Shown here: positions 16,779 to 24,721 of the stretch, piece by piece
Layout: every line of letters starts with the position of its first letter
Position numbering within the stretch: the first letter of the stretch is position 1
Assembly: GCF_027923225.1 (NCBI RefSeq)
Contig: NZ_BSDI01000004.1
Span: 98,116-130,115 of the forward strand
Direction: 5' to 3'
Length of the DNA: 32,000 nucleotides
Origin: Phytohabitans aurantiacus
GTDB lineage: Bacteria; Actinomycetota; Actinomycetes; Mycobacteriales; Micromonosporaceae
The notes under the pieces: model-generated
The model's database searches: none
What the model saw: the letters and a program-made list of their open reading frames with translations, nothing else
Told to the model about the DNA's origin: nothing
Position numbers and translations under genes: made by a program

Positions 16779-18518
16779 TCACGCGGAAGGCCGGTGCTCC
16801 CCGTGGAGTACCGGCCTTTCGCGCTGGCGGCGGGCGACCTCATCCGGGGTACCTTCCGCCGCCACGACGCCGTCGCGTAGCAGTACCACCCGGTCGGCAG
16901 ACCGCACCGTGGCCGGCCGGTGGCTGATGACAAGGAGCGCGCACACCCGCGACACCTCGCGGATGGTGCGGGTGAGTGCCACCTCGTTGACCGGGTCCAG
17001 ATGCGCCGTTGGCTCGTCGAGCAGCACGAGCGCCGGCCGGCCCAGCAGGCACCGCGCGATGGCCAGCCGCTGGCGTTCACCACCCGACAGCAGCCGCCCG
17101 TGCTCCCCGACCTCGGCATCCAAGCCGCGTGGGAGCCGCCTGACCAGATCGGTCAGGTTGGTCATCGCCAGTGCCCACCACAGGTCGTCATCGTCGGCCG
17201 CGGCACCGGAGTAGGTGAGGTTTTCGCGCACGGTACCGGCCAGGACCGTGCACTGCTGCTCGACAAGGCCGATGGCGCCGCGGTACTCGTCGTACGGAAC
17301 GTCGCGGGCGTCCCTGCCACGAAACAACACCTGCCCGCGATCCGGCTCGTAGAACCGCTCGATGACACTGAACACAGTGGACTTACCGGCTCCTGACGGC
17401 CCGATCAGCGACACGTGTCCACGCTCGGGCAGGCTCAGCGACAGTCCACGTAGGAGCGGTCGCGCGGGCTCGTAGCCGAACCACACGTCCCGCAGCTCCA
17501 GCAGATGCGGCGATCGGTTCTCCGGCACCGCCGCGGCCGCGCGGACGGTTACGGGTTCGCGCGGCAGTGCGAGCACCTCGTTGACCCGCTGCAGCGCGCC
17601 GGCACCCTGCTGCACGGCGGTGACCGCTTGAAAGATCGCCCCCACGGGCGTCGTCAGGTAGGTGAGGTACAGCATGAAGGCGACAAGTTCGCCGACCGTG
17701 CTGGCGCCACCGGCCACCCGCGCGCCACCTATCAGCAGGATGATCAGGTAGGACCCGGTGAGCGCCAGGTCGTTGACCGATCCGGCGCCGGCGTCCAGCC
17801 GCGCCATCCGCAGGCGGGCCGCACAGATCCGGCTCGCGTGCCTGAAGATCCGGCCGCTCTCCGCCGGCTCCGCACGGTTGGCGCGTACCGAACGGATGGC
17901 GGACAAGGCGCGCTCCAGGTCGGCCGTCAGTTCGCCATCCGCTCGCTGTGCGTCGGCGGACGCGAGCCGGATCCGCTCGACGACGGCCAGCAACACCGGC
18001 ACCGCCACGCCGATCAGCACGGCGACCACGACAAAGAGCGTCCAGTCCAGCCACAGCATCACCGCTACGAGGCCGGCCAGCCCGATGGTGCCCGACGCCG
18101 CGTTGGTGACGCTCTCCGCGATGAGCATGCGGATCGCGGCGGGATCGGTGGTGATTCGTGAGATCAGGTCACCACCGCGGTACCGGTCGTAGACAGCGAT
18201 CCGCAGCCGCAACACGTGATCGATCAGCGTCTGTCGCAGCTTGAGGGTCATGGCTTCGCTGGCCCGCGCCTGCGCGTACCGGGCCACCCCGAGCGCGACC
18301 GCCTGAAGGAGAAAAAGCACCACGAGCGCACCGACGGGACGGAAGGGAAAAGCGCCATCGGCGGTCGCGTCGACCGTGTGCCGTACCAGCAGCGGCTGCG
18401 CCAGCCCGGCGCCGGTCGCCGCGACGCCGAGCGCGACCGCCAGCGCGAGCCACCGGTAGTGGCCACTCAGCAGGCGCATCATGTCGCGCCAGCCGGCCCG
18501 GTCCAGCGCGCTGGTCAC
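16779..18518 (-). CDS. ABC transporter, fused permease/ATPase (lasso peptide exporter / immunity, D-type)
   Basis: The TMD has about 6 helices. The NBD carries Walker A GPSGAGKST, signature LSGGERQRLAIAR and Walker B LVLLDEPTAHLD. The start is uncertain: GTG at 18518 (2 nt after the B2 stop) or ATG at 18482. The track ORF start at 18671 overlaps the B2 gene and is unlikely. Confidence 0.85.
   Translation of the reverse strand: MTSALDRAGWRDMMRLLSGHYRWLALAVALGVAATGAGLAQPLLVRHTVDATADGAFPFRPVGALVVLFLLQAVALGVARYAQARASEAMTLKLRQTLIDHVLRLRIAVYDRYRGGDLISRITTDPAAIRMLIAESVTNAASGTIGLAGLVAVMLWLDWTLFVVVAVLIGVAVPVLLAVVERIRLASADAQRADGELTADLERALSAIRSVRANRAEPAESGRIFRHASRICAARLRMARLDAGAGSVNDLALTGSYLIILLIGGARVAGGASTVGELVAFMLYLTYLTTPVGAIFQAVTAVQQGAGALQRVNEVLALPREPVTVRAAAAVPENRSPHLLELRDVWFGYEPARPLLRGLSLSLPERGHVSLIGPSGAGKSTVFSVIERFYEPDRGQVLFRGRDARDVPYDEYRGAIGLVEQQCTVLAGTVRENLTYSGAAADDDDLWWALAMTNLTDLVRRLPRGLDAEVGEHGRLLSGGERQRLAIARCLLGRPALVLLDEPTAHLDPVNEVALTRTIREVSRVCALLVISHRPATVRSADRVVLLRDGVVAAEGTPDEVARRQRERPVLHGEHRPSA
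16787..16818 (+). terminator. strong hairpin just past the MFS stop, embedded in the 3' coding end of the convergent ABC gene
   Basis: AAGGCCGGTGCTCC-CCGT-GGAGTACCGGCCTT (14 pairs including one G-U) followed by TC GCG. The MFS stop codon (16773-16775) and the ABC stop codon (16779-16781) are only 3 bp apart. Confidence 0.35.
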
Positions 18519-18520
18519 CG

Positions 18521-18937
18521 CTAGGCCACCGTGAAGAAGGTGCGAAAGTAGTCGGCCGGAAACTCCTCCCCGACCGGCTCCCCGTCGACCTCCACCCAGG
18601 CGTGCGCCGAGAAGGGCGGCAGCCGCCTCGTGCCGACGCACCACGCCGCCCACGTCCCCCGTGCCCGGCACAGCAGCACCACCGCGAGCGATCGGGGCAG
18701 GCAGCCCTCGCGTGCGGCGCAGACGAGGCTCACCGCCATCACCGCCTGCCGGGCGTCGAGCACCTGCTCGCGGGTGGCGGGGCGGGCGCCCCGACGCAAG
18801 CGGGTCAGAAGCCGCCGGATCTGTCGGGGTGGACGCCGTGCCAGTACCCGAGCCGCCGTCACCGCCGCGTGCGCCGCAAGCCGCGTGGGCAGCGGAACCG
18901 ACCGGGGGTTGTGATAGATCGCTTCGGGCATGGACAT
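18521..18937 (-). CDS. lasso peptide biosynthesis B2 protein (transglutaminase-like leader peptidase)
   Basis: This is the last 138 codons of track ORF 18521-20314, starting at ATG 18937 (MSMPEAIYHNPRSVPL...). Cys-His-Asp catalytic context typical of lasso B proteases is present: REGCLPRSLAVVLLCRARG ... FSAHAWVEVDGEPV. Confidence 0.85.
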   Translation of the reverse strand: MSMPEAIYHNPRSVPLPTRLAAHAAVTAARVLARRPPRQIRRLLTRLRRGARPATREQVLDARQAVMAVSLVCAAREGCLPRSLAVVLLCRARGTWAAWCVGTRRLPPFSAHAWVEVDGEPVGEEFPADYFRTFFTVA

Positions 18938-18945
18938 GGCGGCGC

Positions 18946-19203
18946 CTACCGGTCCATCAGGCCGGCGGTGCACAGCTCCGTGACCAGATGGGTCACGTCC
19001 TGCTCCGCGCTGCCTCGATCGATGTCGTACTCCCGGCTGAGCGCCGTCGCGGCCGCGGCCGCGTCGCCGCCCTCCGCGATCGTGCGGACGACGACCGCAC
19101 CCGTCTCGTTGAGGGTAAAGAAGGCGCCGCTGTCCTCGTCCAGCAGAGCCGCACCGTACTCCGTCTCGGTGATCAGTACGCCGTTGCGCAGCTTCAACCC
19201 CAT
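18946..19203 (-). CDS. lasso peptide biosynthesis B1 protein (PqqD-like RiPP recognition element)
   Basis: 85 aa. It has a PqqD-like pattern (GAALLDEDSGAFFTLNETGAVVVRTIAEG...DVTHLVTELCTAGLM). RBS GAGGAGGAG overlaps the stop of the upstream cyclase gene. Confidence 0.85.
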   Translation of the reverse strand: MGLKLRNGVLITETEYGAALLDEDSGAFFTLNETGAVVVRTIAEGGDAAAAATALSREYDIDRGSAEQDVTHLVTELCTAGLMDR

Positions 19204-19212
19204 GACTCCTCC

Positions 19213-21066
19213 TCAGGACGCGAGAGCCGTCCGGTCGGTGACGCGTTCGATCGAGCGCAGCCAGACCTCGGCCGCGATCGTCTGGTGCAGCACCCCGATC
19301 TGCAGGTGCTTCGGCAAAGGGCGCGCGCACAGCTCGCGTACCGCCCGCGCGTCGATGAGGCCGAGCCGGGCCAGGGCCGAGTCGTCCCACAGAGCGAAGA
19401 GCGCGTCGCGGTGCACCCGCAACCCCATCTCCTCCTCGACCATCGCGTTGGCCTTCGTGGCGCGCAGCCGGCTGCTCTCCGGTACCACGCCGAGCATCGC
19501 CTCGCTGATCAGCGGCTTGTACCGCCACGGCGTCACCCGCTGCTCGGGCCGCACCGACAGCGCCGCCGTCACGACGGCGTCGTCGTAGTACGGCGCCGCG
19601 TACCGCACTCCGCGCTCGGCGGCGAGCTGCTGAAGCTGGCGGGTCATCCGGGACAGCAACCCGATGGCGGCGAGTTCGCGGTGCTGGCCGCGATGTGGGC
19701 TGAGCGGTGCCGCCCCGCCGATCTCGGCCCGGAGCAGCGTGCGCACGGCGTCGACGGCGTCGCGGGTGGTCCATGGCGGAAGTCGTGGCTCGCTGCCCCA
19801 GTCGAGCATGGGTTCGGTGATTGGCGGCGGCGCCATCGTCAGGTGCGCGTCGACACCGCGCAACCAGTCGCCGTACGAGTTCGTGGACGCGAGTTGCCGC
19901 AGCACCTGGCCGGCCGGCCACCGATATTTGGCGACGAACCCGCGAATCATCCGGCGCGCGAGAAGCGGTCGCCGGCGCGCGAGCGTGTGCAGGTACGCGG
20001 TGGAGCCGTGCAGAAGCTCGTCGCCGCCGATACCCGTGAGGTGCGCGCTCGATCCCCGGTCGGCGGCGCGCGTGACCACCGCGAGCCAGCGGTTCCGGTC
20101 GACGGTGGTGAAGCAGGGCTCGTCCCACAGGTCGGCCATCTCGTCGACACCGGCGTAGCTGAGCGGCATCTCCTCGCCGGGCACGACATGGTGCTCGATG
20201 CCGAGAGCGGCAACCGTACGGGTGGCCCATTCGACGTCGTCGGCCATGGCGTCGCGCACGTCGACGGTGAAGGCGAGCACCTCGGCGTCGGCGAGCCGCG
20301 CCGCGATCGCACACACCGCTGTGGAGTCGACGCCGCCAAGGTCACACGAGACGAGCCGCTGGCCGCGGGTGCGAACGCCGACCGCCTCGGTGAGGGCGGT
20401 GGCCAACTCCCGCGCACCGTCGGCGAGTGGCACGGTCGGGTCCGGCGGAGACCACCACCGCGCCGAGCGGACCACGCGGTCCTCGCGGATCTCGACATCG
20501 TGTCCGCCCGGAATCTCGGTCACGCCGCGCCACAACGGCTGGCCGGTGACCGGCGGCATGGTCTGCGGGTCCAGCAGGTGCGCCGCCACCCGTGCCGGAT
20601 CGAGATCGGCACCGGTCAGCGCGGCGACCACGTCGGCGCGGTCTGCGATGAGGGTCACCGGTCCCGCCGAACCGACGAAGACCCGGCGCAGTGCGCTCAC
20701 CGTGCCCCGGACGTACAGCTTCCCCCCGACCGAGCCGACCAGGTGATAGCTGCCTGGCCATCGCGGGCGGCCCGTGCCGCGCAGGTGATCGAGCCCGCCG
20801 TCCAGAGCCAGGCGGGCGGCGACCCGCTCGACATCTTCGCTGCGAGTGATGTGCTCACCAATGACAGCGAGGGCGGCCGTGCCGGCGGTGGCGACGGCAA
20901 TATCCCGGTCGGCCCATCGGCCAAGTATCCATGAACGCCCGGATGGGTGGCGGACACAACGAGTGGCGTACGGCTTGATTGATCTGGCGACGGGGTCCGC
21001 GTCCGCTTTATCGGGCAGGACAATGAACCAACTGGCAAGCAGGGAGAGATTCGCAATTGGCGGCAT
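19213..21066 (-). CDS. lasso peptide isopeptide bond-forming cyclase (asparagine synthetase B homologue, C protein)
   Basis: 617 aa. The N-terminus WFIVLPD is typical of lasso cyclases and there is no Cys2 glutaminase nucleophile. A PP-loop-like ATP pyrophosphatase motif SCDLGGVDSTAV is present. RBS GAGGAG lies upstream of ATG 21066. Confidence 0.9.
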   Translation of the reverse strand: MPPIANLSLLASWFIVLPDKADADPVARSIKPYATRCVRHPSGRSWILGRWADRDIAVATAGTAALAVIGEHITRSEDVERVAARLALDGGLDHLRGTGRPRWPGSYHLVGSVGGKLYVRGTVSALRRVFVGSAGPVTLIADRADVVAALTGADLDPARVAAHLLDPQTMPPVTGQPLWRGVTEIPGGHDVEIREDRVVRSARWWSPPDPTVPLADGARELATALTEAVGVRTRGQRLVSCDLGGVDSTAVCAIAARLADAEVLAFTVDVRDAMADDVEWATRTVAALGIEHHVVPGEEMPLSYAGVDEMADLWDEPCFTTVDRNRWLAVVTRAADRGSSAHLTGIGGDELLHGSTAYLHTLARRRPLLARRMIRGFVAKYRWPAGQVLRQLASTNSYGDWLRGVDAHLTMAPPPITEPMLDWGSEPRLPPWTTRDAVDAVRTLLRAEIGGAAPLSPHRGQHRELAAIGLLSRMTRQLQQLAAERGVRYAAPYYDDAVVTAALSVRPEQRVTPWRYKPLISEAMLGVVPESSRLRATKANAMVEEEMGLRVHRDALFALWDDSALARLGLIDARAVRELCARPLPKHLQIGVLHQTIAAEVWLRSIERVTDRTALAS

Positions 21067-21101
21067 TGACTCTCCTCAGTATCGAGCGGGCGAATGGGGA
21101 A

Positions 21102-21129
21102 CCGGGCGGGCAGCGACCTGCCCGCCCGG
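21102..21129 (-). promoter_or_regulatory. perfect 12-bp stem / 4-nt loop hairpin between the lasso precursor and cyclase genes (attenuator / transcript-stabilising element)
   Basis: CCGGGCGGGCAG-CGAC-CTGCCCGCCCGG. It starts 13 nt after the precursor stop codon and ends 36 nt before the cyclase ATG. No U-tract follows it on the minus strand. Confidence 0.55.
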
Positions 21130-21141
21130 CTCACCGGCGCA

Positions 21142-21252
21142 TCAGAGCAGCTGCTTGCCGCCCAGCAGGTCCTTCGGACCCCTGTTGCCGATCCCGGTCT
21201 CGGTGCGGAAGTCACCCTGCTTCGTGAGTGTGGGACGCTCGTACTTGCGCAT
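21142..21252 (-). CDS. lasso peptide precursor (A peptide), 36 aa
   Basis: ATG at 21252 is preceded by GGGAGGAG 8 nt upstream. The translation, verified codon by codon, is MRKYERPTLTKQGDFRTETGIGNRGPKDLLGGKQLL. The leader fits YxxPxLx3Gx5Tx exactly. The gene lies immediately upstream of C-B1-B2-D. The track ORF (89 aa, starting at 21411) includes a non-coding-looking N-terminal extension. Confidence 0.8.
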   Translation of the reverse strand: MRKYERPTLTKQGDFRTETGIGNRGPKDLLGGKQLL

Positions 21253-21478
21253 TTTGTGCTCCTCCCAGCAGTGGTTGATGAGACGGAAACGAATGCGCCG
21301 GGGATCAACCATCCGGCACCGAATCCCCTGCGGCACCAATGGATGTGCGCGTTTAAAATCCGTCCCCTGGAGACGGTAGGTGGGATACCCACGAACAACA
21401 ACCGCCATCAACCAGATTCACGGTTGTGGGTGAATTCGCCAACACCACTTGCGACATCGCTCAATCTATTGTTTTCGA

Positions 21479-21835
21479 TTAGAGCATCGAGACGAGGACC
21501 ACCGCCACAGCGGTCACGAAGGCGGCGGTGCCGTAGCAGGCAGCGGCGATCGCGGTGCCGTGCCGCTGAAGCTGGAGGCCGTCGCGAACCGTATGGCGCA
21601 GGCGGTGTGCGGCGTGCATGAGCCCGAGCCCACATAGGACGATCACGGCGAGCCGAGCCAGCGGGTTGCGCAGCAGCGTGTAGATCTCGGCACTGGACGG
21701 CGGATCGAGCCAACCCAGTGGAAACGCGATGCCGAAGAGGAACAGGAACACCGGCACCGCGAGCGCGGTCACCACTCCGCCGGCACTGAAGAGCAGCCAG
21801 AGGAAGGGCTCCGCGGAGGTGCGGTCGCGACTCAT
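21479..21835 (-). CDS. frdD: fumarate reductase membrane anchor subunit D
   Basis: 118 aa, [30 protein letters not shown]... This aligns by eye with E. coli FrdD ([21 protein letters not shown]...). It has three TM helices. Its ATG overlaps the frdC TGA (ATGA at 21832-21835). Confidence 0.8.
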   Translation of the reverse strand: MSRDRTSAEPFLWLLFSAGGVVTALAVPVFLFLFGIAFPLGWLDPPSSAEIYTLLRNPLARLAVIVLCGLGLMHAAHRLRHTVRDGLQLQRHGTAIAAACYGTAAFVTAVAVVLVSML

Positions 21836-22230
21836 GAGAGCACCAGCAACAGGATCACCGCCGAGACCGCGAACCACGCCACGTACAGCGCTCCGGCGAG
21901 GACCAGGCCGGGCACCCGGTGGCCACGCACCTTCAGCACCATGGCCTGCGGCGTCACCATGAACCAGGTGATCGTGTGCAGGACCGCCAGGGCGAGCGCC
22001 AGCGCGTTGATCGCGACCATCCACGGCCGGGCCGACCAGTCGAGGAAGCGCTCGTACTCGCCGGGACCGGCGCCGACCGCCCGCACCAGCAGGAGCAGGT
22101 AGACCACGAACCACACGACGGCGACGCTCGTCAGCTCACGCAACACGAACAGCAGGTAGGTGCGGCGAGAGGTCCACCAGAGAAGCGGAACCCGCTGCCT
22201 GTGCAGCCGCTGCCAGAGCCCCGTGGTCAT
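21832..22230 (-). CDS. frdC: fumarate reductase membrane anchor subunit C
   Basis: 132 aa, [41 protein letters not shown]... This resembles E. coli FrdC ([31 protein letters not shown] versus LHTITWF). There is an ATGA overlap with frdB at 22227-22230. Confidence 0.8.
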   Translation of the reverse strand: MTTGLWQRLHRQRVPLLWWTSRRTYLLFVLRELTSVAVVWFVVYLLLLVRAVGAGPGEYERFLDWSARPWMVAINALALALAVLHTITWFMVTPQAMVLKVRGHRVPGLVLAGALYVAWFAVSAVILLLVLS

Positions 22231-22976
22231 CGGACCCACCGGGGCAGCAGGAATGCCTTCACCGCCTCGTTCGCGGCGATGAGCTTGGCGCGCTGGATGG
22301 CGCCGGCCGGATCGACGCCCTTCGGACAGGCCCGGGTGCACTCCCCCACGAACGTGCATCCCCAGACGCCCTCGTCGTCCGACAGCACATCGAGGCGCTC
22401 CTCCTGGCCCTCGTCGCGAGAGTCCAGGTTGTACCGCTGGGCGAGGGCGATCGCGGCCGGGCCGATGAACTTCGAGTCCAGGCCGTAGACCGGGCACGCC
22501 GAATAGCACAGCATGCAGTTGATGCACATGCTGTATCGCTTGTAGTCGTCCATTTCGGACGGTGTCTGCAGCAGCTCCGTGTGCGGGTCGTCGTCGCTCT
22601 CGTCCCGGATGATCCATGGCTGCACGGCACCGAGCTTCTGCATGAAGTCGGTCATCTCGATGACCAGGTCGCGGATCACCGGGAAGTTGCGCAGCGGCTC
22701 GACGGTGATCGGTCCGGGCGCGTGGTCGACGAGGAACGTGCCGCAGCTCAGCTTCGGGTCGCCGTTCACCGTCATGCCGCAGCTGCCGCAGATACCCATC
22801 CGGCAGGACCAGCGGTACGACAGGGTCGGGTCGATCTCCTCCTTGACGTAGTTGAGCGCGTCGAGGACCGCCCAGTCGTCGCGCAGCGGCACGGCGTACT
22901 CCTGGAAGGTCGGCTCGGCCTCGGTCTCCGGCCGGTAGCGGAAGACGCGCAGCGTGATCTCCTTCAACGGCTTCAC
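22227..22976 (-). CDS. frdB: fumarate reductase / succinate dehydrogenase iron-sulfur subunit
   Basis: 249 aa with three Cys clusters: [15 protein letters not shown] (2Fe-2S), [12 protein letters not shown] and [12 protein letters not shown]. There is an ATGA overlap with frdA at 22973-22976. Confidence 0.93.
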   Translation of the reverse strand: MKPLKEITLRVFRYRPETEAEPTFQEYAVPLRDDWAVLDALNYVKEEIDPTLSYRWSCRMGICGSCGMTVNGDPKLSCGTFLVDHAPGPITVEPLRNFPVIRDLVIEMTDFMQKLGAVQPWIIRDESDDDPHTELLQTPSEMDDYKRYSMCINCMLCYSACPVYGLDSKFIGPAAIALAQRYNLDSRDEGQEERLDVLSDDEGVWGCTFVGECTRACPKGVDPAGAIQRAKLIAANEAVKAFLLPRWVR

Positions 22977-24721
22977 CTCCCGTACACCCGCTCACCGGGC
23001 GGCCAACGGGTGACGGTGACCGGCTGGTACTCGATCCGGCAGCCGCCGTCGGCCTCGCGGTATGCCATCGAGTGCGCCAGGAACCGCACGTCGTCACGCG
23101 CCGGGAAGTCGGTGCGCTGATGCGCGCCGCGCGACTCCTCGCGGCGCAGCGCGCTGTGCACAATGGACTCGGCTATGTCGAGCATCGCCGCCAATTCGAG
23201 TGCCCCGACGAGCTGTGTGTTGAACGTCCGGCTGCGGTCGCCGACGCCCGCCACCGCGGCACGCTCCTGAAGCTCACGTAGCGTGTCGACGGCTTTGGCG
23301 AGCGTGTCGCTGTCGCGGTAGATGCCGGCCGCGCCCTCCAGGGTGTGCTGCATCGCGGTCCGGATCGCCGCGACGGACTCGCTGCCGTCGCTGGCCAGCA
23401 GCCTTTCCAGCCGGCGGGTCTCGTCGGCGGCCTGCGCGGTCACCGCGGCGCCGATCGGTGGTGCTTCCATCGCATACGCCGCCGCGGCGGCACCGGCCCG
23501 GGCGCCGAAGACGAGGATCTCCGGCAGCGAGTTGGAGCCGAGCCGGTTGGCGCCGTTGATGCTGACGCAGGCGGTCTCACCGGCGGCGAAGAGCCCATCC
23601 AGCGGCGCCGCCGCGAGCACGTCGGTGTGGACCCCACCCATCATGTAATGCACCACTGGGCGCACGGGCACCAGGTCACGCACCGGGTCGATGCGCTCGT
23701 AGTCGCGGCACAGCTCGCGCACCATGGGCAGCTTGGCTTCGATCTTCTCGGCCCCGAGGTGGCGCAGGTCAAGGTGCACCACCGGCCCGTACTGGGTGTC
23801 GATGGTCCGCCCCTTGGCGGCCTCGTGGACGAACGCCTGGGAGAGGCGGTCGCGCGGTCCCAGTTCCATGCTGCGCAGTACCGGCTCGGGTGTGGGCGTG
23901 CCCAGGTCGTAGTCCTGCAGGTACCGGTAGCCGTCCTTGTTGAGCAACCAGCCGCCCTCGGCGCGCGCCGCCTCGGTGATGAGGATGCCGGTGAACGGCA
24001 GGCCGGTGGGGTGGTACTGGACGAACTCCATGTCCTTCAGCGGCGCGCCGGCCCGATAGGCGAGCGCCATCCCGTCTCCGGTGCAGATGTTGGCGTTCGT
24101 GGTGAACGGAAAGACCCGCCCACCCCCGCCGGTGGCGAGCACAACGGCCTTGGCGGCGATCGTCTCGATCCGACCGGTCATCAGCTCGATCGCCACCACC
24201 CCGCAGACCCGCCCGTCGTCGACGAGCAGCCGGGTGGCGTACCACTCGTCGTACCGGGTCACCGGGCGGTACTTCAGGGACGTCTGGAACAGCGTGTGCA
24301 GCAGGTGGAAACCGGTCTTGTCAGCGGCGAACCACGTGCGCATCTTCTTCATGCCGCCGAACGCCCGAACGGCGACATGCCCGTCCGGCGTCCGGCTCCA
24401 CGGACAGCCCCAGTGCTCCAGGCGCAGCAGCTCGGCCCGGGCCTCGTGGACGAAAAGCTCCACCGCGTCCTGGTCGCACAGCCAGTCGCCGCCGGAGACC
24501 GTGTCGTACGCGTGCTCGTCGAAGCTGTCCTCGGCGGCGATGGCGGCCGCGGCCCCGCCCTCGGCGGACACGGTGTGGCTGCGCATCGGGTAGACCTTGC
24601 TGACCACGGCGACGGACAGCCTGGGGTCGGCCTCGGCCACCGCGATCGCGGCGCGCAGGCCGGCACCACCCCCGCCCACGATGACGACGTCGTGCGCTGA
24701 GGCAGCGTCAGGAGCCGTCAT
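22973..24721 (-). CDS. frdA: fumarate reductase (quinol) flavoprotein subunit
   Basis: It is strongly similar by eye to E. coli FrdA: [29 protein letters not shown] (FAD-histidyl site), [47 protein letters not shown]. The start is set at ATG 24721 ([19 protein letters not shown]). The alternative ATG at 24757 would add 12 aa. Confidence 0.92.
   Translation of the reverse strand: MTAPDAASAHDVVIVGGGGAGLRAAIAVAEADPRLSVAVVSKVYPMRSHTVSAEGGAAAAIAAEDSFDEHAYDTVSGGDWLCDQDAVELFVHEARAELLRLEHWGCPWSRTPDGHVAVRAFGGMKKMRTWFAADKTGFHLLHTLFQTSLKYRPVTRYDEWYATRLLVDDGRVCGVVAIELMTGRIETIAAKAVVLATGGGGRVFPFTTNANICTGDGMALAYRAGAPLKDMEFVQYHPTGLPFTGILITEAARAEGGWLLNKDGYRYLQDYDLGTPTPEPVLRSMELGPRDRLSQAFVHEAAKGRTIDTQYGPVVHLDLRHLGAEKIEAKLPMVRELCRDYERIDPVRDLVPVRPVVHYMMGGVHTDVLAAAPLDGLFAAGETACVSINGANRLGSNSLPEILVFGARAGAAAAAYAMEAPPIGAAVTAQAADETRRLERLLASDGSESVAAIRTAMQHTLEGAAGIYRDSDTLAKAVDTLRELQERAAVAGVGDRSRTFNTQLVGALELAAMLDIAESIVHSALRREESRGAHQRTDFPARDDVRFLAHSMAYREADGGCRIEYQPVTVTRWPPGERVYGR

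Noticed and set aside
18521-20314. 597-aa minus-strand ORF overlapping the lasso B1 and C genes.
   Set aside because: Only the C-terminal 138 aa (from ATG 18937) match a lasso B2 peptidase. The remainder is Arg-rich out-of-frame overlap with the cyclase and RRE genes.
21142-21252. Alternative lasso core starting at Gly20 (GIGNRGPKD..., a Gly1-Asp9 nine-membered ring).
   Set aside because: It would place Thr at -1 and -3 instead of the conserved -2. It would also shift Tyr, Pro and Leu off the -17/-14/-12 register that the Ile-start model satisfies exactly. It is kept as the fallback hypothesis, distinguishable by mass (+57 Da).
21253-21411. N-terminal 53-codon extension of the precursor ORF (the 89-aa version, starting MMAVVVRGYPTYRLQ...).
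   Set aside because: The extension has low GC3 and non-coding-like composition. A strong RBS (GGGAGGAG) sits directly before the internal ATG at 21252. The 36-aa product has exactly the canonical lasso leader length and motif.
8676-21500. Possibility that tRNA-Arg(CCG) marks the attachment site of an integrated genomic island carrying the accessory genes and the lasso cluster.
   Set aside because: I could not find a direct repeat of the tRNA 3' end (TTCGAATCCTGCCGGGGGCACCA or a sub-fragment) downstream in the window. No integrase gene is present, and the IS630-like remnant lies on the core side of the tRNA. The composition shift is suggestive only.
21832-23163. 443-aa ORF, and likewise 21479-22114 (211 aa), overlapping frdB/frdA and frdC.
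   Set aside because: Only the C-terminal 132 aa (FrdC) and 118 aa (FrdD) are hydrophobic anchor subunits with ATGA-coupled starts. The N-terminal extensions are out-of-frame overlaps with upstream frd genes.
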